From Eledone cirrhosa (lineage: Eukaryota), in assembly GCA_964016885.1 (NCBI GenBank), contig OZ024743.1, positions 348,812,001 through 348,876,000 of the forward strand: DNA of 64,000 nucleotides, written 5' to 3'. The translations under genes and the position numbers were made by a program. Of this stretch, positions 14,946-30,362 are shown one piece after another (within the stretch, counting starts at the first letter, position 1; each line of letters opens with the position of its first letter). The notes beneath the pieces are model-generated. The model had not been told where the DNA came from. It did not search any database and worked only from the letters and a program-made list of their open reading frames with translations.

Positions 14946-16619
14946 AATGTCATATATCGAGAAGTGTTGACATTTGAAAAATTTAAAGAAGTGAATATTT
15001 AAATAAATGATAACATATTTTGAATCTTTTAACAACATTTAGTAGACGAAAATACCCTCATTTTCTTACTTGGAAAAAGTTACTATGGTGCAAATATGGT
15101 GCCGTTTGGTCCAGCCGTTTGGCGGAAAGTTTGTTACCTACATACGGCCGTCATCTTTATAGTATAGATAGACTTAAACAATTCTGAATGCCCAGTCTAA
15201 CCGTAAAATTACTTCAATATGTAACATGAAAGACATGTCCATTGCTTTCCATACCAAATTCCACTCCGATGATATAGGGCGGTGCATAATCATATCTACA
15301 TACTGTGTAATACTATTCCCAGCAAAATATATGCTTCATTCCAAACCTAGCCGAGACGGTTTTCATGTGAATTAAACCATCCTCTTAAGTACGGGCTATC
15401 AGACAACGAAAACTCAGCCTGTTTTATCTGCTAACTCTCTATCCAACTATCATTCTTTTTACCAACATTCCAAAACGATGGTGATACTTTTTAGACTTTT
15501 TCTCATTCTCCTTGAGTGACTGTACAGTTTAGAACAAGAGTTAACACGATCTTGCCTCCCTGCGTTACATTTCAATGATCCTCCGTGATTTAGAAACCAT
15601 GCAAAGACATTGTCGTCGCTTTTGGCATCAGCAAAGACTTAAATGTTTGTAACACGAAATTCTAATGGTGAAACTTCCCTCCTTAACTCGAAACTCTCTC
15701 GTGCAGCTTTTCGTCAGACCCCACCATACAAACGTGAATAAATAGAGCTATTTCATGCCGATTTTACCAGCTCCAGTCTGCCTCGAAGGCTCGGCAATAT
15801 ACCCGTATTCTGAATCCAGTAATTACCCGTTATCATTTCTTCCAGGCCCAACAGTAACCTAAATACTTATTCATTCTTCTCTGTTGCATTACATTATAGA
15901 ATTCTATTTGACCCACGTTTTTATAATGATGTTGTATAGTTCTCATCTAACCTAAACGTCAACCGTATTAATTTTACTTGTCACAAAGGACATACAAATT
16001 TCATTAGTGTAGTCATTTCTTCTTGACTAGAAAAAACATAATAAATGGCGCCGTTAAACTAATTTACCTCAACATACATAACATAAAGTAAAAGTCTTCA
16101 TTGGTGACTCCTCAATGAAGTAACTTTATAGACACACTACTCGCTACATATGTATTGAATTAAAACATGAGTATTACGTCAATGAGTACTGTTTCAAATG
16201 ATAACACTTTATATAAGGTTGACTGGTAGAAGAAATGTTGAATTATTTACTCCGCTTGGAGCCTTGGTCAGCATGGTTCCATTGGTGTGGAGTCTGCAAA
16301 TGTCACCTAACAATTAGGCGGTGCTGTTAACGGGTCACGGATTAAGTATATTAATAAAAAGAAAATAAACCTTATTTGTATACAAATATTCACCCAAATG
16401 TAAATGTATTTGTTTATCATATAATTAGGATCCTCTTTTCACCAAATAGTTTGGTACTAAATGTGGCGTGCCATGGTGTTTGAAAATTGTGGGCTAATTG
16501 ATCATGAAATCTCATAACTGTAGATAGCAGACAATCAGTTCCCAGGTTAATAAGAATGAGTAGATCCAATTTCTTTCAGTAGGTCTTTATTCCGTAGGCT
16601 TTTATCCTGTCAGAAGAGA

Positions 16620-16780
16620 TGGGCATGTAATTAAAAAGTTGCCTCCGAAATCACGTGGATCTGGTTTCTATTACTTTCCATTGCACTTTGAAGAACTGTC
16701 TTCTACTAAAACTGTGGATTGACGGAAGCTACGTGAGCGAATTTATGTAGACGAAAACTCTATGAAAAGACCGATATGTG
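16620..16780 (+). mobile_element. Diverged copy of a second SINE family
   Basis: ..GAACTGTCTTCTACTA...GTGAGCGAATTTATGTAGACGAAAACT.. resembles a common cephalopod tRNA-SINE body (from recall). Confidence 0.45.
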
Positions 16781-18162
16781 GGACGTGTAATTGATGCTTT
16801 GGAGGATAATTTTGTCACTCTATATAATGCCATCACCTGAAACTTGGTTGACTTTATCGTTCTGGGAAGACTTGCAAAATAACTTGCAAAACATGTCATG
16901 TTCATGTCCCTCTGAAAGATGGAAAAAGTAGATTAAAAATATCTAACACATACAAGGCAAATAACACACACTGATGCACACTTCACCTCTCCCTATGAAC
17001 AGTTTACTCGTATAAACTCACCGATATAGAGAAGCTTTATAATTAACATCAGATAAGCTATTTAAGGGGTTGCACCATTCTCACTGGCTCCTGGTCTCAC
17101 CCCCTACATATTTCTAACTTATTGCTTCTAAACATTATAGATTCGCCAAATCGCTCAAAGAATTACGTTAAGCTTAGCATGACTGTGAAATGCTCAGCTA
17201 CTAAGAACAGTGTATTCAGAGTATTGATCAGACAACTGGTACATTGATCATCAAAATCGACGGATGTCTATCTGTGTTAGATATATAGCAGAGGGTGAGG
17301 AGAGAAATACAATAACAATATTGAGGGTTAGATCTTTGATGAATTGTGGTAGACAGAAGATTGAAAGCTATATATATCAAGATGCATAAAGGAATATATA
17401 TAATTTGCGAAATAGAAGTATGAAAAGTAACATATAATGTGTTAGACAAACTTCCAACCAAATATATGTAGAATGTCTGCCAAGCAGAAAGACACCGAGA
17501 TAAGGGGTCAGGGTGTTGATGACCCATGTCGGACATGAAAATAAACGTAAGAATAGGGTGTCAGAATAGAGATCAGTATAGTGCGAGTTAGAGAGTGTAT
17601 ATGAGAGAGAAAAAGAAAGCATTAGATTGAGAGTGTGACAGTGAGGGAGATAGAGTGAGAGAGATAGAAAGAGAAGATCCACGAGACAGAGAGTTAGATC
17701 GCAATTGAAATGTGTGGAAAAAGGTGATATGTGCTACAATAAAAAAAGGCTGTGAATATAGAGCACCACATACATAGGTAACAGGTTCAAAGATAGAGAG
17801 AAAGTGTGGGAGTGTGTCTGTATGCAGGCGCGTATGTGTATGTATATGTGTAAGTGTGTTTGTGCGTGCGTAGTGCAGTGATATATTAAATGAAAGAGAG
17901 AGAGAGAGATAGAGAGAAAGAGAGGGGGGTAGATAGAGTGAGGCAGAGATAAAGAAGTTGGCAGAGTGAATTAGAGATGGTGTATCAAGTGTGAGAGAAA
18001 GAGTGTATGCATCGATTGCACTGAGAGAAAGATCAAGGAAACACGGAGATTAAAGGAAGTTGATAGATGACTGATGAGAAATATAGAGCTAGATAAAATA
18101 TGTAGCGATATGAAGGCAGAGGAATATTAGTATTCAAAGAGAGAGAGAGGGGGAATATAAAG

Positions 18163-18209
<47 letters not shown>

Positions 18210-18634
18210 TAGAAATCGGCAGAGATAGATAAAAAGATGGAAACAGGAAGAGAGATGCTAAGAAAGAGATCACAAGACAGCCATATTGAGAGAAATTGCA
18301 AGATCGTTGATGAGAGACATGGAATAAGATTAAAAACAAAAAGAAAACAGTGTAAGGTGTAGAAGGGGTGTGCTGAAGAAAGAAGGAAAGATTTTCATAA
18401 GAAATCCATCTATTACCACTTCTGTGACGTTTCATTAACGTCAGTAATTCTACCAGAATCCCGTAGTGAATTCGAAATATTATTTATCATATGGAGCCCA
18501 GACAGGTACTCTCCGGGGATTGGACCAATCAAATTGTTTCTTCTGTCAAGGCCGCGCCAATGCAATGAATAGCCGAGTTTGTTGTTTTCCTCCATTGTCG
18601 GTGTGACATCGCTTCCAACGCCACACGTCAGAAA

Positions 18635-20560
18635 TACCACCACCTCCACCATATCCACCACCACTACCGCGACCACAACCACCGTCACCGCAACCACCAC
18701 CAACACCACCACCATCACCATCAACACTACCACCACCACTATCATCACAACCTCTACCATTTAGCGATCGCTATCACACCGACGACTATCACCACCACCG
18801 CCATCACCACCACAACCACCACCACCACTATCATCACAACCTCTACCATTAAGCTATCGTTATCACACCGATCACTATCATCATAATCTCTGCTCCCTTC
18901 ACCACACATGCGCACGCTTACACACACACACACACACATATATGTATATACACGTACACACACACACGCACGCTCAATCACACATATATGCGCACATATA
19001 TGCACGCACACACAACTACCGTATCATTTACAACTACAACGATATAACAACAATAACGTCTCTTCGATCACACCATTACGATTAAGGCTATTACTATCAG
19101 AACTTCCTCCACCACCAAATATAAAAACAACAACCACACTAAGAATACCACTTATAACAGTATCATCACTATCAACACGGATGTCATGACCAACAGCAGC
19201 ATCACCATCCACCAACATGAGGGTGAGCCTATGAGGGAGCCTGTATGTAAAAGCCGGATCTGCTAGAAAGAGTAGCCAAGTACACATGAAAATAGTGTTA
19301 TCATCTTTAAAAAATAGGATATGGTCTATACTAAATATAACCTAAAGACAAAATGGAATAGTCACGGCTCGAAGGCATTTGACTGTAGTTTTGTTTATTT
19401 GAACGTGGCCTGGTGTTAATGGCATTAAACTCATCTTGAAAACCACAATTATCTGCGCTATTACCATTCTTACCACGCCACATAACGAACAGCAACTATA
19501 TTACCAACAACAGCAGGAGTAACCGTACCAACTCTACCTCCAGCACCAACTCCAACACCAACACCAACAACAACAATGATAGCAGCAACAAGAATAGTTG
19601 TACAAAGTCCACCTCCATCATAAACAACGCCAGCATCAAAGCACCACAACCAACAGCAACAATATCATAGCCCAACTTATAATCCAGATAGCTATCAACA
19701 AACACAACAGTAAGATGGCCAGTTGACTTACCCTCACACCATCAATAACATGCATTATTCTTCGTCAAGTACATCACCACGAATGTCTACAGTATCTCCC
19801 ACTTCTCGCATCATTGCCACAATTATCAAAATCACCACACTACACCACAATCATGTCCCACACCACCTCCTCCATCAATCGGTAATCTGATCTTCACCTT
19901 GAACAGCCTCGACACCACCAATTTCATTGCTACTACCACATCACATCATTGGTACAAACAGGACTGCTGCTACCACCAATAAAATCATCGATACCATCAC
20001 CACCATCAACAACACTACCACCACTATCACCATGACTAACCACCGCCACCGCTACCATCTCCACTACTACTATCATTGCCGACACATCCACCACTCAACC
20101 GCAATATTGACATCTCCACCGTTACTATCACCAACTTAATCAATACCAGCAACAGAAACACGTATATGTTAATCACTGCCTCAGTCTCCAAGAAGATCAC
20201 CTTCACCACAACCATCACTACAATATACACTAAATAGTAATACAAACGCCAGTAACGACACTAATATTACAACCAACAGCATTGCATATATTATTGTCGG
20301 CGCCGCCGCTGACATCATCATCATCTTCACGATTTCCACTGAAATCACCAACATCCTTCTCACCATTGCAATTACCACCACTAATGCCTCAACCACGACG
20401 ACTGATATTACATTACCCCAACTATTAGCGGGACTAACCCAAAGTCCACGACTATTAACACAAACCCTGGCCTCCTCCCGACTGCCATCGCAACGAGCTC
20501 CATAATACCACACTTGCCACCTCTACCATCATTACTAACTTCCGCTGTTGCACAATTGGT
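18635..20560. repeat. Cryptic (ACC/AAC/ATC)n low-complexity region with a local ~90 bp duplication (18725-18795 / 18818-18885)
   Basis: Repeated accaccaccactatcatcacaacctctaccatt. The Thr/Val-rich ORFs here are artefacts. Confidence 0.8.
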
Positions 20561-20604
20561 TAGCCCGCCGTACTTATAAGTAAAGAAACATATCATTATT
20601 ACTA

Positions 20605-21469
20605 TGGCAGTATCAGTAGAGGGTCGGACGCCATGCTTTCCAGCATAGTTACGTCCCTTTACGATCTGAGTTCAAATCCCATCGAGGTTGACTTTGCCTT
20701 TCATCCTTACGGGGTCGATAAAATAAAGTACCAGTAATGCACTGAGTAATTTGCTGGCCTTGTGCCTAAAGTAGAAACAATTATTACTAATGCACATAGG
20801 GCGGTGGATTGGTAGTATCGGTAGAGGCTCGGACGTCATGCTTTGACGCATAGAGTTACGGCCCTTGCCATACTGGGTTCAAATCCCGCCGAGGTTAACT
20901 TTGCCTTTCATCCTTACGGGGTCGATAAAATAAAGTACCAGTAATACACTGGTTATTTGCTGGCCTTGTGCCAAAATTAGAAACAATTATTACTAATGCA
21001 CAGTCTTTATGAACCTCACTTCTCTACCACCATCATCCTCAACAATGGTTTCTTATATAGGCACAAGGCCAGCAATTTAGAGGGAGGGGAAAGTCGATTA
21101 AATCGACCCCATTACTTTACTGGTGCTTTATGTAATCGACCCCTTAAAGATGAAAGGCAAAGTTAACCGCGGCGGGATTTGCGCTCAGACCATAAGGACC
21201 GTAACTCTATGCTGCAAACCATGGTGTCCGACCCCCCCCCCCCCCCCCCCCCCAGCGGTACTGCCAATCGACAACAATAATTGTTTCTACTTTTGGCAAA
21301 AGGCCAGCAATTAATCACTGTATTACTGGTACTTTATTTTATCGACCCCATAAGGATGAAAGGCAAAGTTAACCTCGGCGGGATTTGAAATCAGACCATA
21401 AAGGGCCGTAACTATATGCTTCAATGCATGGCGTCCGACTCTCTACCGATACTGCCAATCCACCGCCCC
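20605..21469. mobile_element. SINE quartet: two + copies (20605-20785, 20800-20991) then two - copies (21045-21270, 21277-21469)
   Basis: Direct match to the SINE consensus on both strands. Confidence 0.9.
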
Positions 21470-21771
21470 TTTGCTGCAACAATAATGCCGCACCGTCAGT
21501 AACCACAACTTAAAAGCCATACCATCCGTAACTAGTAACATCACGACCACCACCACCACCACCACCAGTTTTACCTTCACACATTGTCACTACAAAAATC
21601 AGTCCTACTATCACCTCCAACACCATCACTACTGCCACCACCACCATTGTCGCCACCCTACATCCTCACCAACCCTCATCACCACTTCTATAATTATTAG
21701 CAACAACATTAACAACACCTCATCTTCTACAACGTCATATCTACAAATAAATATACTCAACAAACATTTCA

Positions 21772-21812
<41 letters not shown>

Positions 21813-21891
21813 TCTTTCTCGCTCTCTCTCTCTCTTTCTCTCTCTCTTTATTTCTCTCACACTCATACACACATATACACACCCAAAACTC

Positions 21892-21926
<35 letters not shown>

Positions 21927-22891
21927 TTCTTTTTTTCACTTTCTCATTCTCTCTATCTTCATTTCTCTCTCACTCATACACACATACACCCACCCCTCTA
22001 TTTCTCTCTCTCTCCAACACACATATATGCATAGATTTTCTTTTATTTCGTTTGTTTATATATTTCCTTCAGCCATTTTATATTATTTCTTTGTGATGGT
22101 ACCTAGAACAACCCCACTAAACCCCCGCAAAAGCATCATCCCTCAGGGGATAGCAAATATCTCACCGCTGAACTAAGACAGAAGTTTCATGAAATTCATT
22201 GCTATATTAAACGTCTCTAGCATCGAAGTTGGTCTTTAATTAAAACCTGTCGCATCTTCTCATACTTTATACACTTTTACATAGAAGTTGTAAACGCAAA
22301 ATTGACGTCCAACCTATAGCAACTGTAAACTCTTTATTCATAATAATGAGATAACGGATGGAAAAGAGCAGTGAAACAGATGTATGTCTCCGAATGAATA
22401 TGTTTGTCTATTACATTATGTGATGGATAGACATATACGTGATTATTATTTAAACAAATACAGAATAAAGTAATCTCTATGAATCTGCAGTCTTCCTATA
22501 TGTCTACGATTCTCGCCCGGAAAAAAATAGTGATGTTAGTGGGTCTTGACTCCTCGTCCGACCATTACACCGAGGTGCAGCTCATCAGTCTTCATCGCAA
22601 GGTTGAAGCCGCAGGTCACTTGAAAGTTTCTTACCTAAATAACTAAGGAATCCTATCTATCCAGGCTTTGTAATCAGACTGATACTTCTCCTAGACATAA
22701 TACCAATCAAGGCAAATGAGCTCTGTCTACCCGTATTGCATGATTGTTGACTGACTTCAGTTATTCCATCCTTTGACCGATTTGTTTTTCTTTTCGCAGG
22801 GTGCCCAGTAATTGGCCTTGTCACCGCACACTTGGTGTGGGTGCCAGTTAATCCCTGACAATCCGACCATGCAAACTGACCATTATATATA

Positions 22892-23054
22892 GGCGGTGAA
22901 TTGGCAGTATCGGTAGATGGTCGAACACCATGCTTTGACGCAATGAGTTCAAATCCCGCCGAGGTTAACTTTGCCTTTCATCGTTGCGGGGTCGATAAAA
23001 TAAAGTACCAGTAATGTAGTGGTTAATTGGTGGCCTTGTGCCAATAGTAGAAAC

Positions 23055-23058
<4 letters not shown>
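22892..23058 (+). mobile_element. SINE copy with internal deletion in the head
   Basis: GGCGGTGAATTGGCAGTATCGG...GAGTTCAAATCCCGCC...core...tail. Confidence 0.85.
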
Positions 23059-23147
<89 letters not shown>

Positions 23148-23159
23148 AGAAAGTATGAG

Positions 23160-23253
23160 CCCGACCGCAGAGCTCAAGCCGTTTCGACGGCTATCTCTGG
23201 ACTAAAGTAAGATTTTTTTAGTCTGGTAAATAAATAGCCGAAATTTTCAAGGG
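23160..23253 (-). ncRNA. Type I hammerhead-like motif (family A, only complete copy), U3-A8 core, ~58 nt stem II
   Basis: Minus strand: CCC TTGAAAA [TTT CGGCTAT..GACTAAA..TTTAGTC..ATAGCCG TC] GAAA CGGC TTGAGCTCT GCGG TC GGG. Confidence 0.6.
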
Positions 23254-23599
23254 TACTTCCTTATATGGAAATATTGTAGTTGTCAAGGGGATTGGACAAA
23301 ATTTGTAGCTGACACAGAAAAGTCTATCATGGCAGTGGATGCGGGGTGGGCATGGCTGAACTTGCCTGTATTACGATATGGGAGGGGGTAGAGCTGGTCA
23401 AGCGTAGACGGTGAAATCTACACAGCCAATTCAAAGTTATGTGTATGAAAAGGCCAGAGGAGATTGGCGAAAAATGTTATCTTTAGAAAGTGGAAAAAGG
23501 GACGTTATAGAGATAGTAAATCAAAAGCGATGAGGGGACAAAGAAAAAATATAATAAAAAAGAATATAATAATAATAAAAAAATCAACAATAATCTGGT

Positions 23600-24323
23600 T
23601 AAAACATCTCCCTCCGAATATCTCGTTTGTCCGCTAATGAGCAGATATTCGACGAGCATGCGCCTCATTACTACCAGGCCCTCAAGCGGAGTGGCTTCCG
23701 GGAGGAATTATCCTTTTATCCAGCTTCCCTTAGCGGAACCGGCGAGCGAGTCCGCCCCTCACGCCACGTAAGGTGGTTAAATCCTCCCGACAAGGCCGAG
23801 GTGGCAACACCTATCGGGAAAATCTTCTTTAGGCTCCTCGAAAAACACTTTCCACCACAACACCGCTACCACAACATAATCAACAGAAACACTATCAAGT
23901 TATCCTACAGCACCATACACAACTTCGCACAAAACACCGTCTCCTCAAACAACAACAAAAAAACCCTATGGAAGAAACAACCTAGAAATTAGTGGAGAGC
24001 CGACCAGGAGGTGCCATTGCCCTGATGGATCTACGTGCCCCCTCAACAACAGATACTGGGAACGAAACGTGATCTATAAGCTCAACGTGAGGACGCACAC
24101 CCACAACAAAACTTATATAAGGTTAACCGCTTGTGACTTTAAAACCCGGCTCTACCAACACCGTCATACGTTCCGGAACCCTGTCCGGCGACATGCCACC
24201 ACACCTTCGGGCCATATCTGGGACCTCCAAGATAATAATATAACTTACCATCTTACTAGGAGCTTACTGTCCAGAGCTAACTCTTACACGGCAGGACGCT
24301 CGGAGGAAACATTACAAAGTTGA
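23600..24323 (+). mobile_element. Penelope-like retroelement fragment: RT C-terminus/linker + GIY-YIG endonuclease, disrupted
   Basis: YYQALKRSGF..RHVRWLNPP..VATPIGKIFFRLLEKHFP..H..NRNTIKLSYS; Cys motif CHCPDGSTCPL; VIYK..TYIRLT..FKTRLYQHRHTF..HIWDL. Confidence 0.9.
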
Positions 24324-24353
24324 ATAATTGTCTTTCTAGTCTCAATTAGGTGC

Positions 24354-24464
<111 letters not shown>

Positions 24465-24829
24465 GCGTGTGTGTCTGCTGTATATATAAATATACGTATA
24501 TACGTATATTGGCGAGGAAGATCGACAGATTAATAGATATATCACACTCTCCTTTCAGCTGTCTTCATTTTATACTTTGATCTGGCCTTTTGTTTATGTA
24601 TAATGTATTCCACATATTGGTTGTATTACGCAGATACATACATTATTTCCCAACGCTATACAGGCTATCGTTTCGGAATTTATTTTTGATTAGTGCTTAT
24701 TTATATGTTTGAAGTTAATTTCTATTCATTCAATATATTTTCAGAGTGCATAAATATGTATTAGAAGAAAGGAGACACTGTGAAGAGTGAGAATTGGAAT
24801 TGCCACCTTCAAATGCATCTTAATGTACA

Positions 24830-24878
<49 letters not shown>

Positions 24879-24887
24879 ACACACACA

Positions 24888-24942
<55 letters not shown>

Positions 24943-24966
24943 CCACACACACACATATATATATAT

Positions 24967-25130
24967 ATTGTTATACTTTGGGAGAGTCATGCTGCTAATA
25001 AAAACACACACCTGATGGTTTTAACTTCAAGTTATTACAAATTTCCAGTTGGTTGATTCAATAACCAGATGGTTGTTTATTTATTGTCAAAACTCTTTGG
25101 TGATACATTCTCTGACCTCCTCAGTGACTG
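24967..25130 (-). mobile_element. HHR family L element; degenerate ribozyme at 25086-25128
   Basis: Homologous to 57726-57916. Minus strand GTCA CTGAGGA GGT..ACC AAAG AGT TT TGAC; stem I GTCA/TGAC is intact but GAAA has decayed. Confidence 0.6.
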
Positions 25131-25444
25131 ATGTGCTATTTTTTCTCTCTCATTTTTCTGTCCTACACCATCTTGTTTTTTGTGTCTTGTGTGCTGTGTA
25201 GTATGTTTGGCCATGCGTTATATCCGTTGGTGTGTTTGTTTATATTTATGTATTTATATGTTTATTTATTTGTCACAAGTTGAGTGCTTGTTCTAACTAT
25301 GTGTGTTTTATTAGTTTGTAACTAATCAGCCCACCACCTGCTGTTAGCAACATTCGTGATTAGTATGATGTTGATAGTGTTTCTGTGCATAATGTTATTG
25401 ATGTTATTACAGGTTTTAGTCTTTAATTCTATTAGTCGGCCATG

Positions 25445-25645
25445 AGGCTAGTGGATTGGCAGTATCCTTAAAGTATCGGACAAAATGCATTGTGGAATTT
25501 CTTCCGGATTTTTACATTTCAAGTTGAAATCCTAACGATGGTAATTTTGTATAACATAAATTATCAATGAAGTACTGGGGTCGTTGTAATCGTGTTCTCC
25601 CTTCCCACTAATTGCTGGTCTTGTTCTTAAATTAGAAACCGTTAT
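25445..25645 (+). mobile_element. Old diverged SINE copy
   Basis: GTGGATTGGCAGTATC head and AATTGCTGGTCTTGTTCTTAAATTAGAAAC tail. Confidence 0.65.
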
Positions 25646-26977
25646 CATTAGCACATGGTTTGGTTGTTGTTCAAATAGCAATGCAGATATATTGGTAATT
25701 TCTGTTGACATAGTTAGGTGTGTCGTTAGCCATATGGTGGGTGGGGCGGGTGTGTGTGTAATGGTGGGTAATAGCAACAAAAATCATTTGGGTGATAATT
25801 ATGTTGGTAATGTCAATGAAGATTCTCGCGTTTTGTTTTTCGTTATGGTTATTTGTGGTGTTACTGGCATTGGTTTTGTGCTATTGCTGGGGTGTAGGTC
25901 TCGTAGTTGTTGTTGCTGTTGGTCGTGGTTTAGGAAGTTCGTAGAGGTACATGTCCTTATCCTGGTGAAACTTTTATCAGTCCTGGCTGCTATATAGATA
26001 AAACAACTTCATTTGGAAACTATAGTGATGTAGGAGATTATTTCAATCTGATAGTGGGGAAAATATTTGGGCAGATACATTTAGAATATTCAACAATCAT
26101 CAGAGTGTGTGTTCGAAAACAACTATCTGGAAAGGACAATAATTATTTTATAAACAATAAAAACAACAAAGTAAATACTGTCACTAGTAGTGAAAACAGC
26201 AAATACACCAATAATACCAGCAATAACAACAACGGAAACATTAAAAATATATAAGAAAAAGGTGAGGTTTAGAAATTAAAAAGTAAAATGTAATTTATTT
26301 AAAGAATTCATTGGAAAAGATGTTGCAATTTACAAAATCTATGAATATATATATATAGCAATGCCAGGAATCTGTGTTTAGATATCTTGTATCTAGTGAA
26401 CCATGTTGTAATACAATGTGCAATGGTTGGACGATAAAAAAAACAACGAAATGGCAACCTTATCGTAGATGTCACCTATATCACCGCATATCTTGATTTT
26501 ATGTGTAAAATAATTATATGTATTTTTACAGCATTATAGTTTTTTTTTTAACATATATGCTGGGCGAAGGAGATTAAAAACTAACACACTGCTAGAGACT
26601 AAAATTTAGTGTTCTTCCATTCATGAAATATCTATCTATCGTTCTATTACTAGATGTTGGTGTATTTTTCTTTCTATAAAATCCCTGTAAAAGCCAAGAA
26701 TCTTGATTTTCTACAATTTTTATAAATGCATTATTTATGGTACATAAGCACGAACCTTTCTGTAACAATACACACACACACTCATATATATATATTTAAA
26801 CTTTTACTGGTCTCAGCAATTGGAGAGTAGCCATGCTGGGGCATATACATATGTATGTAATATTTACGTATTCGTGTGGTTGTTTTTGTTTTTTTTTGTG
26901 TGTCTGTGTGTAGGTGTTAGAGAGAGAGAGAGAGTGTGTGTGTGTGTGAGAGAGAGAGATAGAGAGAGAGCGAGAAA

Positions 26978-27015
<38 letters not shown>

Positions 27016-28298
27016 ACACACGAACATTAGGTGGATAGTCAGATCTACTATGAAATTCCGAATGAAATTATTATCGGTGCCAGCGAATTTAGAAAGTCTA
27101 ACATTTTGGAAATGATGGATGGATGCCTTTATTGAAATGCATGAGTTCAGACTGAATGGAATGACGTATTAGAGCTATAAATGATACAAGCATTGGTTGT
27201 TTGTGGGACAAATGGTTATCTCAGCAGAATAACACGTTCATATTGGGATCAATACCAGGAATCACGCCAGTATGTAGAGGAAAAATGGGTGTCAAAATCA
27301 CTGTGAATAGAAATTGAATGTTCCTCAGTCCCAAACAAACTATCCTGGACCTAATAAAACATTTAAACAGTATACATTAAGTTAAGTACTTCCATCAATC
27401 ACACTCAAATTATGAAACGTTTATGATAGTGTGGGTGAAAGGACGCGGGAGATGAACATATTTGCTGGTACAATACAAATTCAGGAATGAACACATCAGC
27501 GAATTCCATGGAGTGTCAACATAACCTCTCAACTTGCTAACAAAGGAGTCCTTAAATTCTAAACTAATATCATAATAAATGACACATGAGATAATTTAAC
27601 CTGTGAAAGAAATGATTTCGTGAGGGTTATGATTCGTTTGATCCTGTGATAAACAACAACAGCTGTGCCAATTGGTCAATGTGAGAATAATTAACCGAGT
27701 GGTAGATATAATTACCACTGATCGAAATAGAGGACTGCAAGCGAAAGAAAGACTAGATCGAAGCTCGGATATAAAAAGGAAGTCGAGAAGGCTTTACGAG
27801 AGGCAAAGCCGAGTATCGGATATAAGAAAAGATCGAGAAAGCTATACTTGTTTGACTGTCATATCGCAAAAACGAAAGAAAGCACACTCTTTTAGGAGTG
27901 CTGGATTGACAGTGTTATTTTCACCCAGTTTATTCGACCTTATGTAGGTAATCTTGAGAGGACATTGGAAAATCGTATAGGGTACAATATTGCCAGTAAA
28001 TTCAGTAATCGAGCGAAACCTACCGTCTGTTAGATGTCACTTTAGGTCTTGTTTTCTTTGTCTCACACAAAAAAAAAATCATATATATTGTTGCTGTATA
28101 CGCAATGTCTCGTTGTATTTTTCACCACCTATAGCTGTTATATTTCATAGCTAATGGCTCCACAGGAGTTATCGGTATCAGCGTCTAGATCACGGAATCG
28201 CGCCAACCAGCAGAAGACAACTGATCAATGGCTAGCTCTGTTAAGGTCTATTAAATGTTTGTTTTTTGTATCACAATCACACGTCAAATAGAATAACA

Positions 28299-28873
<575 letters not shown>

Positions 28874-28889
28874 GAGAGAGAGAGAGAGA

Positions 28890-29240
28890 GATGATGGACT
28901 CTCCCGTCGATATCCGACGTATGAGTGTCCAACAAAATTTAAATGTGAGAAAGTGAACTGATGTTGAACTATCCACACAAAGTTTTGTTTTAAGCACTGA
29001 AGGCTTGTGTCGATGTCAACCACATTTTGGAACTGACGACACATATCTTCGGTGCAAATGCTTGCCACGGCAAATACGACAGCCCTCAGCTGTTTGGATA
29101 TCTGTTGACTCTGCTGAGTTCCTCCACCCTTTGCCGGATCTTGCATTTCATCCGGCAATGTGTCCATATATCACTCTCCTCACCAAGCCAGCATGGTGGG
29201 GTTGCCGGTTTAGTCGCGACGACCCTAGCATAAGACAGGT
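28890..29240 (-). mobile_element. Probable 5' fragment (5'UTR + start of ORF) of an RTE-type LINE
   Basis: GC-rich leader GACTAAACCGGCAACCCC..CTGGCTTGGTGAGGAGAG followed by a degenerate TF.VRTL-like endonuclease start (TFKFCWTL). Confidence 0.45.
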
Positions 29241-29262
29241 GGTACGAATGTGTGTTTGTGTT

Positions 29263-29305
<43 letters not shown>

Positions 29306-29779
29306 GTATATGTGTGTGTGTGTATGTGTGTGTGTATGTATGTGTGAGTGTGTGTGCCTATCTGTGTCTGTGTGTAAACATGTATGAAAACATATGTAAA
29401 TATGTGATTCTTTGCGTCTGTGTTTTTGTGGGGGTGTATGCCAGTTCCTATATCAATATGTATACATCGAAAAATGATGTATGGTATTAAATTCACTAAG
29501 TAAATATTAACACAAACACATATGTATTCATATATACATATATATAGTTAAAGTGTTATCCTATATTATATGTTAAATCTAGAAGTTATTTATAATAATG
29601 TGATGGAACAAAGGAAATTAATAGAAATAAAATTTCTCCAGATGGGAACAAAATTCTTTCAATTAAATCTATAATCATAACAACATACACAGCTACACAA
29701 TTGCAGACATGGTCGGTTATATATACATATATATATATGGGGAAGCGTATGTGTGCGCGCACATGTGAGTTTATGTATG

Positions 29780-30362
<583 letters not shown>

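Noticed and set aside
18635-21760. Possible mucin-like Thr-rich coding exon
   Set aside because: Frames are interrupted by stops, microsatellites and SINEs; consistent with cryptic ACC simplicity.
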